From Candidatus Latescibacterota bacterium (lineage in GTDB: Bacteria; Latescibacterota; UBA2968; SICM01): 64,000 bases of DNA. The stretch spans positions 128,001 to 192,000 of the forward strand of contig CBDCJO010000002.1 of the NCBI GenBank assembly GCA_965217865.1, given 5' to 3'. The notes below the pieces were generated by a model, which worked only from the letters and a program-made list of their open reading frames with translations, did no database searches and had not been told where the DNA came from. Position numbers and translations under genes: made by a program. Positions 10,649 to 21,290 of this stretch are shown one piece after another (within the stretch, counting starts at the first letter, position 1; each line of letters starts with the position of its first letter).

Positions 10649-12202
10649 ATGGTACGCCAAGCCTGGGGCAAGACCGACATGGAGGGCAACGGCGTTCACC
10701 CTCTCGCCCATCATTCCATGGACGTAGCGGCGGTGTTTACACGAATGTCGAAACTGCCGATCATCCGCGACCGGCTGGAAACAGCGGCGGAATCCGCACT
10801 GACGGATTTGGGTTGCCAGCGGCTGGCGGCCCTGGTGTTTCTGCATGATATCGGAAAACTGCATCCGGGGTTTCAGGCGAAGGGCTGGCCGTCCGGATCA
10901 TGGCACGGGCCGGTGCGCGGCCACGGAAAGGAAGGCTGGGCGTTCCTCATACTCGCCTCGAAATGGCCGGATCACCCATTCCACGAGACGATGCAGTGGA
11001 TCATGGGATGGGGCAAGGCGGTCGACCCGCTCTTCGCGGCGATGATCGCGCATCATGGACGGCCCGTGGAGCGACCGTCGGCTCCGACATTCAATGATTG
11101 GCCGGTCCTGCCACATTATGATTGGCGGGTGGAAGCGTGCGTCATGGATGATGCCCTGCATCGCTGGTTCGGCGGAGCTTTCGAATCCGGAGGCTCGCCA
11201 TTGTCCGACAGGCCGCAATTCCATCACGCGGTTGCCGGGCTGGTAGCGCTGGCGGACTGGATCGGTTCGGATACAAGGTTTTTCCCTTTCACGGAACCTC
11301 CTGACTCCAGCTACGACTCTACGGCGTACAATGCCACAGCGCTGGCGTTGGCGACGATCGGTTTGGATCCAGGCAAACTCGCCGCCCGTCCTGCGCCGGA
11401 ATTTTCGGAGTTGACCGGTTTTTCCAAGCCTAAACCGGCGCAGGACACGGTGGGACGGGTGGGACAGGAGGCGCGACTCCTGATTCTCGAAGCCGAAACC
11501 GGGTCGGGCAAGACCGAAGCCGCGCTGTGGCGCTTCACCCAACTATTGGCTGCAGGAGCGGTTTCGGGCCTCTACTTCGCCGTGCCGACGCGCGCTGCGG
11601 CTAGGCAGCTTCATGGCCGCGTCAATAACGCGTTGCGTCGGGTGTTCAGTGAGAACGCACCGGAGGCCGTGCTGGCTATCCCAGGCATGCTGAAGGCGGG
11701 AGAATTCGAAGGCCAACGTCTGCCTCATTGGCAGGTAAGATGGGACGACGACACAAAATCGGCCCCGCAACGATGGGCCGCCGAGCACGCAACGCGGTTT
11801 CTGTCGGCGTCCGTAGCAGTCGGCACGGTGGATCAGGCGATGCTCGCCGGCCTTCAGGTGAAGCATGCCCATCTGCGGGGCAGCGCTCTGAGCCGCAGCC
11901 TCTTGGTGATCGACGAGGTTCATGCTTCCGACGCCTACATGACCGAGATTCTGAAACGACTTCTGGATGGGCATCTCGCCACCGGGGGATACGCGATGTT
12001 GATGTCCGCGACGCTGGGCGCTCGGGCGCGGGTGCGCTGGACCGGCGAAACGTTGCCGAAGTTCGGAGTCGCAAGGGAGGTACCCTATCCGGCGGTCTGG
12101 GTTAAGGGAAAGAACGAACCGCGCACCGCGACGGACGCGGTACACCCTGAGACTAAAGCTGTGTATCTCGAGACCGTGCCGACGATGGACCCGGCGTGGA
12201 GC
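10649..12202 (+). pseudogene. cas3: Cas3 (HD nuclease + N-terminal helicase half), 3'-truncated at the CRISPR array
   Basis: HPLAHHSMDV, LHDIGK, AHHG, LADWIGS; AETGSGKTE, DEVH, MSAT; the second RecA/C-terminal domain is absent and the ORF reads into repeat 1. Confidence 0.9.
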
Positions 12203-13024
12203 GGTTCCCCCGCACACGCGGGGATAGACCCCCCTCTGGAGAGTCGTTGAGCGTGTCGTCCACGGTTCCCCCGCACACGCGGGGATAGACCCAGTTGCGG
12301 CTTGTCGTGGAGTTCACGGACGAGGGTTCCCCCGCACACGCGGGGATAGACCCTATAAGGAGGATTAATGGGAACGATCGTGGCAGGTTCCCCCGCACAC
12401 GCGGGGATAGACCCTCACGGCCAGGTCGATCTCAGCCACCTTTGCGGGTTCCCCCGCACACGCGGGGATAGACCCCTCAGAAACCCACGCAGGGTTTTGG
12501 TTGTATGGGTTCCCCCGCACAGGCGGGGATAGACCGTAAAAGGTTTCCAGGTGTTCCCGCACCACCAGGGTTCCCCCGCACACGCGGGGATAGACCCGAC
12601 CTGGAATGGCTCACCCACGGAGCGGATCGGGTTCCCCCGCACACGCGGGGATAGACCGTTTTCATATTGATTGCCTGATTCCGCCATTGGGGTTCCCCCG
12701 CACACGCGGGGATAGACCCCTCACGAGCCATGCTTCAAGCTCTCGCTGCCAGGTTCCCCCGCACACGCGGGGATAGACCCTGGACGGAGGCTTTGTCTTC
12801 CAACCCGGCGTCGGTTCCCCCGCACACGCGGGGATAGACCCGATCCTCCCCGCTCAGAAAATCCCTCCCGGATGGTTCCCCCGCACACGCGGGGATAGAC
12901 CCGACGATCGCGCGGACTGGCGGGAGGCTTACGCGGTTCCCCCGCACACGCGGGGATAGACCCGGTATAGCTGTCATCGGTAGTCAAGGTCTCGCGGTTC
13001 CCCCGCACACGCGGGGATAGACCC
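12203..13024 (+). CRISPR. Type I-E CRISPR array, 14 repeats and 13 spacers of 32 nt
   Basis: 29-nt repeat GGTTCCCCCGCACACGCGGGGATAGACCC at exact 61-nt period (12203, 12264 ... 12996) with a CCCCGC/GCGGGG stem; spacers all differ. Confidence 0.98.
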
Positions 13025-13043
13025 GGTAGCCACAGACGTCCAG

Positions 13044-15168
13044 GCACGCACTCAATTGGGAAACTGAGGAAAAGGTTGCCAAGAAACGGGGAGTGGACAA
13101 ACGAGGACCCAAGAGCGACGAAGCCTACGTCCGCGAGGTCCTGGGCGACATGGCGAATGCCCGGAATGTCCTGATCATCAACGATGAAGCACATCATGCG
13201 TGGCGCGTTCCTGCTGGATCCAAGGTCAAAGGCATCGCCAAGGATGAGATAGAGGAAGCTACCAAGTGGGTCGGCGGCCTGGATCGAATCCATAAGGCGC
13301 GGAGCATTCTCGCTTGCTACGACTTCTCCGCCACGCCCTTCGCGCCGTCAGGCAAACGGAGTTCCGAGGAGGCGTTGTTCGGCTGGATCGTGAGTGATTT
13401 CGGCCTGAACGACGCCATCGAGTCCGGTTTGGTCAAGACCCCGCGCGTCGTGATTCGCGACGACGCGGTGCCCAACGCCAAAACCTACAAATCCCGCCTC
13501 TACCACATCTACAACGATGTCGAGGTCAAGGACGACCTGAACCGGCGGGCCAAACCCGAGGAACCCCTGCCGGACTTGGTCATGAACGGCTATTACCTTC
13601 TCGGCTACGATTGGCGCGAAACCGCCGAGGATTGGGCGGCACGACCGGACAGCACCCCGCCGGTAATGATCACCGTCGCCAACCGCACCGAGACGGCGGC
13701 CCGGATCAAGTATGCGTTCGACCATAGAAAGGTGCGTATCAGTGAACTATGCGACCCTAAGCGGACCCTCCACATTGATTCGAGGGTTCTGGGCGAGGCC
13801 GAGGCCGCCGAGGAACCGATCGCGGAGGTCGGTGCTGGCGAGAGCGAGGAAAACGAGGGCAGCAGCCACACACGCAAACTGACCAGGAAACAGCAGGCCG
13901 AGTCGCTGCGCCGGCAAGTGGATACCGTGGGCCGGCCCGGCAGGGAGGGCGAGCAGATCCAGAACGTGATCTCCGTCGGAATGCTGTCCGAGGGTTGGGA
14001 CGCGAAAACCGTGACACACATCATGGGTCTGCGCGCATTCAGCAGCCAGCTTCTTTGCGAGCAGGTCGTCGGACGCGGCCTGCGTCGCACGACTTATGAT
14101 GTGAACGCGGACGGTCTATTCGAAGCTGAGCACGTCAACATATTCGGGGTACCCTTCACCTTCCTGCCACACGAGGGCGGGGAAGATGGTCCGCCGCCAC
14201 CACCAAAGCCGAAGACCGCCATCGAGCCGGTCTCGGACAAGGTGGCTTTTGAAATTTCCTGGCCGAATGTGCTCCGTGTAGAGCATACCTACCGCCCGCG
14301 CTTGTCACTGGAATGGGAAAAAGTGAAGCCCCTTGAGCTGGATGCCTCTCAGACGGCCAAAGTCGCCGAGCTTGCCCCAATCGTCGAAGGCAAGCCCGAT
14401 ATGACGAAGATCAATGCCATCGACTTGCAGAAGCTGGCACAGAAGTTCCGTACGCAGCGAATCATCTTCGAGACCTCTCGGGATGTTTACGATCAGATGC
14501 GACAGAATTGGTCGGGCAAGAAAGCCTCCTTGTTGGCCCAGTTAGTACGGCTGGTCGAGCAATTCATATGTTCGGACAGGATCCGCATCACTCCCGCGCT
14601 ATTCCTCCACGACGATCTCACGCGCCGGCTTATCATCACACTCAACATGAACAAGGTCGTCCAACATATCTCGGAGGCAATCCGCTTCGAGAACACCCAG
14701 AGCCTGGATCTCGTGTTCGATCAGGATCGACCCATTCGTTCAACCAACGACATGGGGACGTGGTTCACCGGCAAGCCTTGCGAGCGCACGGCGCGCAGCC
14801 ATATCAATTTCTGTGTCTATGACAGCACTTGGGAAGCATCGGAAGCCTTTGTGCTGGATCACAGCCCCGAGGTGGCCGCTTGGGTGAAAAACGATCATCT
14901 GGGCTTCGAAGTGTTCTATGTCTATCGCGGCGTGGTACGGAAGTACCGTCCGGATTTCCTTATCCGGCTAAAGTCCGGTGACATGCTGGTATTGGAAACC
15001 AAGGGGGAGGACGACGAACAGAACCAAACCAAACGCCGGTTCCTCGACGAATGGGTCACCGCCGTCAACGCGCATGGGGGCTTCGGCCGTTGGGTGTGGG
15101 ATGTATCTCGAGCCCCCAGTGAGGTTCATGGCATTCTTGCGCACCATGCGGGCGCCAGCCCCGCTTGA
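13044..15168 (+). pseudogene. Type III-like restriction endonuclease Res (BPTD_3080-like), 5'-truncated
   Basis: HALNWETE..., INDEAHHAW, FSATP, LSEGWD, EQVVGRGLRR, YRPDF...VLETKG; Walker A region is missing. Confidence 0.85.
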
Positions 15169-15494
15169 AAGTGTACCTCTGGGAAGGCAACGTTCATGAC
15201 TGCTCGATTGAGGATAGCGTCCAAGCGTGGTGCCCCGCGCCCGTCCTATTCAAGGCGGGGGAACTCAGCTGGATTCCAGGCACTCGCGAATGGTGCATGC
15301 CGGATGACACGTCGGTGGCTCAGCATCGTGAGGGGATTGGTCACAGCGCCTTGCTCGCCCGCGAGGATTGGCTGAAGCGGACTCTTCGAAAGACCGGTCA
15401 CTCGATCGTGTTTAGATGGTTCGGCAAATCCGCCCTTAACATCCTGTTTTTGCTAGGAAATCAGATTACGCGAATTTTCGCAGGTTGGTACTAG
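15165..15494 (+). pseudogene. Probable C-terminal fragment of a large hypothetical protein
   Basis: Short ORF overlapping the Res stop; no recognisable N-terminus. Confidence 0.3.
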
Positions 15495-15647
15495 GTCACC
15501 AAGGAACCTCTCAGTGGAAATTTGCAGATTCTAAGTAGCGATGATGAATGGCCTTACAAATGAAAGCCTCTAACAATCGCATGCACTAAAACTGGTAAGG
15601 GCCTGTATCCCCAAAAACTGTCCAAAATATTGAAAGAGCACAAACCG

Positions 15648-16592
15648 ATGAAAAAATCAGTTGTTCGTTTCCCCTCCCCAAGTGTGTTGCGCACATGCCT
15701 GTTCGCGTTGGCCTGTCTCACCTTCTCGTCTGTCGGATATGCTTCTCCTCAACCATCGGAAGCCGACAACGTGCATTTTTGCCTGCCTATCGATTTTGAA
15801 GAAATGAGAGAGAGCGATAGCTCCTATGCCGCTCGCAAGCAGGCGTTTGACTTGAATGTTGGCGAACCCCGCACCGTGCGGCTGATCTACTTCCTGCCCA
15901 ATGACCGTCCGTTTCGCGCAGAAGTGGTTGATTCGATGAAAGTTGCGATTCGCCGGATTCAGACCTTCTACGGCGATCAGATGCAAGTGCACGGATACGG
16001 GAACAAAACCTTCCGCTTTGAAACCGATGTGCAGGGCGAGCCGATGGTTCATCGCGTGGACGGTCAACACCCCGATAGTCACTATTTTGATAACACATTT
16101 CAAGCTATGAATGACGAGATTGAACAGGTGTTTGATCTCTATGCGAACGTTTACCTCCTTGTCATTGACAATAGTATATATGCAATTGTTACTCGTTCTC
16201 GGGGTGCGGGAGGAAGAGGAGGCCGGCAGGGAAAAAATGCTGGCTATGCGTTGGTTCATGGGGGATTTAGCTTCAGAACAGCGGCACATGAACTTGGACA
16301 CGCCTTCGGATTGCGGCACGATTTCAACGATGATGCGTACATCATGTCGTATGGCGGCGGCCAACGACGCTCTCTATCTGCGTGCAATGCCGAATTTTTG
16401 GCTGTGCATCCCTACTTCGATCCCAGTGTTGAAGCACAAGAAGCACCGCCGCCGACAATCGAACTCATTTCACAGACTGCCTATCCGGCAGGCTCAAGAA
16501 GCGTCTCCGTTCAACTCGAAGTCAGCGACCCAGAGGGACTTCACCAAGTGCTCCTGCTCGTTGTCGGTGAAGTGAAGGCGTGTCGTGGATTG
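15648..16592 (+). pseudogene. N-terminal part (signal peptide + zinc metallopeptidase) of a WD40 surface-protein paralog, 3'-truncated
   Basis: AAHELGHAFGLRH HExxHxxGxxH motif; closely paralogous to 57850-58800; cut by a RepA fragment. Confidence 0.85.
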
Positions 16593-16594
16593 GC

Positions 16595-16925
16595 GGGCGT
16601 ACCAGGCCAGCAAGAGACGGGGCAGGTTGCCGTAGGGGAGCTTATTATTGACCCCGGCGGTCACCACCCCCAACGTGTACGGGCCATTGCGCCAGACGTA
16701 CTGGTTCCGGCGGCCGGGGTTGGTGCGGGGCAGTGAGCACAACGCCATCATCCGCGCCATGAAACCGAGGTCCGGGTCCGCTTCTCGGGCCGTCACCAAC
16801 TGGTCGACTTGGCGGGCGAGGGTCCAGTGGTGGAACTTCTGTGGACTGGGCACGGGCCAGTCGTTCCACTCGAAGGCGCGCCGCATCTTCTCGTACTCTC
16901 GCCGCCGTCGCTCCTTCTCGCTCAT
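16595..16925 (-). pseudogene. repA: Plasmid replication initiator RepA N-terminal fragment
   Basis: DLGFMARMMALCSLPRTNPG...LPYGNLPRLLLAW. Confidence 0.75.
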
Positions 16926-16962
16926 GGCTTCAGTTTCCCACTGTGGCGGCGGCAGATCCGCC

Positions 16963-17898
16963 TCACTGATCTGATCCTCTCATCAGATTAAGGCGGTGTC
17001 TCTGCCGAGTATTCACAGGAGATCGAATATAGGTCGTGTCGGCTCCGCCAATCAGCGCCACTAACAATCGGCAGACAAGCGCCTTTATCTCAAGCGTAAG
17101 ATACCGATTGGTGGGGGTGCCTCCGAGCCCTGCAAAACCAAGCGGTTCGCTCACGAACAGAGCCTCGTGCAATGTGTCGTTCCGAATCGCAGCAACGGAA
17201 TCAACCCAAGGGGGCGTTTTAATGCTGAACTGACAGCACATCCACTTGATCCGACGAGCATGGCTGGGATAATTCGATGGTTGGCGTAACTCTTGGGCCA
17301 ACTTGTAGCAGGCGTCAATCGCCATATAGAAGTACACGAACCTCTCGAAACCTAGATTCTGCGGGTTCTGGCCGAGGAACAGTGCGTGTACTGCTGCCGC
17401 GAAACGTTTCGCCTGCCGGCGCTTAGCGCAGTTCGTGGTCCAGAAGACCTCGGCCAACTTAACTGCATGGGTGAGGCTTGACCCATGCAAGATGAAGTCG
17501 ACAAGCATGCCGGGTTTGAGCGGAGTAGCGTCAAGAAAACCCGCCTCAGTCGCGGTCAGCCGCATGCCGACGAAGAACGACAGCGCCCAGAGATGGAAAT
17601 CGAGGTGATCCCCGCTCGTGGCCTCCGCGTGTTCGATCAAATGCGTCTTTGGCAACCCGAACACGCGGGAGGCGTACGGGAGTTCCCGGATTTTTCCGCT
17701 CACAAACTCACGATGCTGTTGAGGTGGCGCGTAGACCCAGTTGTTTTCAATGCCATCGTCGGTGAGCATGTCGCTAGCGGTCCGCTCGATATTCGGGAGC
17801 GAACTGACTGTGACTGGTCCCGCTTTGATCTCTAGCGGCTGCGGGTAGAACCCGAACTCCTTACGCATACTCTTTAGTCTCCCATGCTGGGCAGGCAC
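16963..17898 (-). CDS. Hypothetical protein with a HEPN-like RxxxxH motif
   Basis: FVYFYMAIDACY helix and IRNDTLHE; ORF looks intact. Confidence 0.55.
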   Translation of the reverse strand: MPAQHGRLKSMRKEFGFYPQPLEIKAGPVTVSSLPNIERTASDMLTDDGIENNWVYAPPQQHREFVSGKIRELPYASRVFGLPKTHLIEHAEATSGDHLDFHLWALSFFVGMRLTATEAGFLDATPLKPGMLVDFILHGSSLTHAVKLAEVFWTTNCAKRRQAKRFAAAVHALFLGQNPQNLGFERFVYFYMAIDACYKLAQELRQPSNYPSHARRIKWMCCQFSIKTPPWVDSVAAIRNDTLHEALFVSEPLGFAGLGGTPTNRYLTLEIKALVCRLLVALIGGADTTYIRSPVNTRQRHRLNLMRGSDQ

Positions 17899-17937
17899 CC
17901 ACAGAGCGTGTCACTTTTCGTTTGTTCCTTGGGGACT

Positions 17938-18141
17938 TCAATCGGGCTTCACCGGCAGGTGATTCTGCTTCTTCGACGACGCAGATCTTACCCGCTGCGC
18001 TCTCTTGAAAGTCACGTCGGCAGCCTGGGGGTAGTCCACGCCTTTCCCACCCAAGAGTTCCTCAATCGTGAGCAGCTGAATACAAGGGTGATTCCCCCAG
18101 GGAGACTTGTAGAAGCCCGCTGAGGCCGCTTCTCGACGCAT
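17938..18141 (-). pseudogene. C-terminal fragment of a DNA methylase/restriction fusion protein
   Basis: MRREAASAGFY...IQLLTIEELLGGK...FKRA. Confidence 0.6.
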
Positions 18142-18739
18142 CGGTGCGGTCGGAGGGTTTGTGGCTGTGGATACTTGAGCTTTTTTATGCCCTTCCCTCG
18201 ATCCGGCCAGTTGAATCCTTTGTTAACAGCGAGATCACTTGGTTGGTCTACCCCTTCACCCGGAAAGAGGATCAGGCTCCTTATATGATGTAACCCGAAG
18301 ATTCTTTTCAGCGAGTGGAGTGATGTCGAGGACGCCCTTCGAGAAGGCGAACCCCCCAAACCCGACGAAATCCTAACAGACGTTCAAACCCAAGAAAAAC
18401 AAGACCGGGCTATTAACATACTTCTTTAATGCTCGATTTTTGGCTTTCTTTATGCGGTTCGCAGCTTTCTCTTAATAAAAAAGGGACTGTAGTGGGTCAA
18501 TCGCCTGGCGATAGGAACTGCTGCCCCTCGGCGCTGGTGCTGTGTCCCGGTGGCTCGGATCCGTAGAGGGGCTTCCAGAAATAACCCAACGGTTCCAGCG
18601 CGTCCAGATTGCGAATTCTCTGCTCTTGATGTTATTGGTCGATACGATACGGGCGAAACCGTCATTCTTTCCGGCTATAGAACGCCGCTCCATGACCTAC
18701 GCCGGGATCGGTGAGGTGCGGCTATGCGTCTCAAAGGCC

Positions 18740-18935
18740 CTAAGAATTCCGGCCTCGGCTTGACAACTTCGACGGCCCCAGTGCCCACACCCAGTCCGAG
18801 ATCCTTCAGAAGAATGCAAAGATCGATACCGTCGACCAGATCAATCGCTGGCGTCCCGTCCCTCACGGCCTCGCGCTCCGCATCCTTGGTGAACCCTCCT
18901 GTGGTGATGAACAGCCCCTTATCTGCGACGCCCGC
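18740..18935 (-). pseudogene. mrr: Mrr restriction endonuclease C-terminal fragment
   Basis: ADKGLFITTGGFTKDAEREA...IDLVDG...LKDLGLGV. Confidence 0.8.
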
Positions 18936-18986
18936 CAGCGTATGTTGATTCCCTCGCTGCTCCATGCTTCCTCCAAAATCACCGGT

Positions 18987-19370
18987 CTATTCTCCGGTTC
19001 GCTTTTGAGCTTCCTCCAGCATGCCAGGCAGTGTGAACAAGTAGAGGAAAACAAGCCTGGTAAATTTGGATAATTCCGCCGCATCATTTTTAGAAATTGG
19101 CTCTTCCTCATGTGCGGCGTCATTGCCGCCAAGCCGTATCTGATGCGCCCATTCGGCCAAAGCGGGCGTCAAATCCTGTTTCTTGGCAGCCTCCTCTATA
19201 CGATTGTACAATGTGCCTTTCATCTCGGGAAACTTGCTTTTCAAGCCAGTATCCAGCGCCTTACGGAACATACTGGCGGCGGCGTCCCAGTTTTTAGGCA
19301 GGTTATCAATAGCTTGCTCGAAGAAGCGCGCGACATTTTCAGGAGTATAGTCCGGCGCACCACCCGTAAA
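18987..19370 (-). pseudogene. DUF4145 (HEPN-superfamily) protein, 5' part missing or chimeric
   Basis: AAASMFRKALD...LYNRI...WAHQIRLGGNDAAH. Confidence 0.7.
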
Positions 19371-19565
19371 CAGTAATCTGAAATAGTTCAGCCTAGAGGG
19401 AATTGACGAGGCGATTACGCGCGTAGTGGTGCCTGGGAAAGAGGCCATGCGGTCAAGGGAACTGAAGATTGACCATGTCGGTACCCGCCGATCCGAAGAT
19501 TTACCACATCGTCCATGTAGACCGTTTACCATCGCATTACGGACAACGGTCTACTATGTGACGCG

Positions 19566-19800
19566 GTGATTGCGAAACGTCCACCAGATGGCACTGTGAT
19601 TGGCATGAGCAGCATCAAGAAGCGGCGATTGAAGTTGCCCCTGACGAGCCACCCCAATCTCTTTGTCGGTGAATGCGTGCCGTTTTACTTCTGTCCCCGC
19701 TCGGTCATGCTCTGCATGATCTACCGGGCGAACCACACGGAGTTGCCCTATCCGGTGGGCAAGACCTTATTGTTCATCTGGAAGCGGATTTGCGGGGCCG
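19566..19800 (+). pseudogene. darT: DarT (DUF4433) DNA ADP-ribosyltransferase fragment
   Basis: IGMSSIKKRRL...VGECVPFYFCPRSVML. Confidence 0.75.
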
Positions 19801-19829
19801 TGCAGCGTGAACTCCGCTCCAAAAACTCC

Positions 19830-20266
19830 CCCAATGGATCATTCTTCCATGTCGTTGCCGCGAGTTCCAGGTTGGGGTAGTTTGCGAGGGAAACATGCAG
19901 TTGAGCGAAAGCCTTACCATACGAACGTATAAGATCCTCCGGCTTCCCAGGCTTTGGATCGTCATCAGAGATAAGACACGGTGAAAGGGTGAATCGCGTT
20001 CCTTCAATATCCACAGTCTGCTGACCATCTCTGGCTCGAAGAGGAACAGCAACCGGAACTCCCTGTGAGGCGAGATGACGTAGCAGGTCGAACTGAAGGT
20101 CGAGCCTTTCGTGCGCTCCCTCGCCGACGAGTTTGAGAATAAGATCATCGCCGTTGGCACGTCTGACTCTGAACACCTTTTCCGGGCTCAGTTCCTCCAG
20201 AGAATGGGCCTGCGATATGCCCCATGCCTGGAGAGCCGCTAATGCTTTTTCACGAATAATCATCAT
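19830..20266 (-). pseudogene. Phosphotransferase (APH/homoserine-kinase type II-like) N-terminal fragment
   Basis: LILK...LLRHLASQGVPVAVP...YGKAFAQLH; the catalytic HGD motif is missing. Confidence 0.6.
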
Positions 20267-20361
20267 CAGAGAGGGGCATAGCCGCTAACGTTCCCGGCAC
20301 CCACGAACCTGCCAAAGGCAGGCTTGCGACCAAAGTAGTCCATCCAGACGTACCGCCAGTC

Positions 20362-20742
20362 ATGAAAACCTCCGCGGGATTTCCGGTCTTCGAGGTCCCG
20401 GACGAGGACATCCTTGCCTACTGCACCGCCAATCATCTGGCTGATGTAGCCACACAGGCGGGGCTGTCCGATTGGGTGGGGTCAGACTCCCGACCGGCGC
20501 CCGAATGCGCCACAACGGGCGCCTGGGGCGCCGTGTACGGGGAGCTGCTCACCTTCGACGACCCTGAACTCCCGCCTGCCCGCCATCGACCGCCTGGGTT
20601 CCGCCCGGGCGCTTCCAGCCTCTATCGGCGGGTGCTTGTCCTGGTCGCGGTGAATGGAGCCCACGAGCTCGCCTGGGTCTACACGGTCGAAACAACTGGC
20701 ATCAAGCGGCGCAGGATCGTGTCGGGATGCTGGCCAGAGTAG
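20362..20742 (+). pseudogene. Gamma-glutamylcyclotransferase-like fragment
   Basis: VYGELLTFDD...GFRPG..SLYRRV...AWVY. Confidence 0.55.
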
Positions 20743-20915
20743 CGGCAGGCCCAGAATTCATCGGCGGTGGTGCTGAAGTTGTCAGCGCAACATCCGTCCC
20801 AGTCGTGATGTGGGTCTGATCTCGTCGATGAAGTTTCCTTGACGCTTTCCCGTATTTTCCATATTTTGCTAGAATATGGGCATGTCTTCCCAAGAATCGT
20901 TCCGGTGGGGTAGCT

Positions 20916-21152
20916 ATGACGAGCCAAGATGATGTCCTCACCATCCCCGATGTCGCCAGCCTCCTCAAGGTGACAGAGAAGACCGTGTACAGCCTCGTCC
21001 GAAAGGGCGACTTGCCTGCCTTCAAGGTCGGCGGCCAGTGGCGGTTCCGTCGAACGGCAATCGACTCCTGGATCGAGGTGAAGACCAATGCTGCTGGCGC
21101 ACAGCCCGCCAACGATAGCGCGAAACCGTCGGCCATCAGTCGGGAGGACTGA
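20916..21152 (+). CDS. Excisionase-type HTH regulator preceding a DUF499 defence gene
   Basis: LTIPDVASLLKVTEKTVY...LPAFKVGGQWRFRR. Confidence 0.85.
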   Translation: MTSQDDVLTIPDVASLLKVTEKTVYSLVRKGDLPAFKVGGQWRFRRTAIDSWIEVKTNAAGAQPANDSAKPSAISRED

Positions 21153-21155
21153 CCA

Positions 21156-21290
21156 ATGTTGAAACTTACACTGCGACAGGAGTTTCAAAGTCGCCGCCTA
21201 AAAAGCACCGCTATCGAGCTGGCGAATTCGAGTAATACAGGCGCCACGCAGATCTCGGCATCGGACTTTCTGGAGATCACTTATCCGAGA
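21156..21290 (+). pseudogene. DUF499 ATPase N-terminal stub
   Basis: MLKLTLRQEFQSRRLKSTAIELANSSNTGATQISASDFLEITYP, then an abrupt junction. Confidence 0.6.

Noticed and set aside
12487-12499. Spacer 5 matches 63934-63946 (ACGCAGGGTTTTG), suggesting self-targeting
   Set aside because: Only 13 of 32 nt match and the flanks differ; compatible with chance. A full spacer search was not possible by eye
12085-13293. Several minus-strand ORFs with repeating GLSPRVRGN / GSIPACAGEP peptides
   Set aside because: They are translations of the CRISPR repeats
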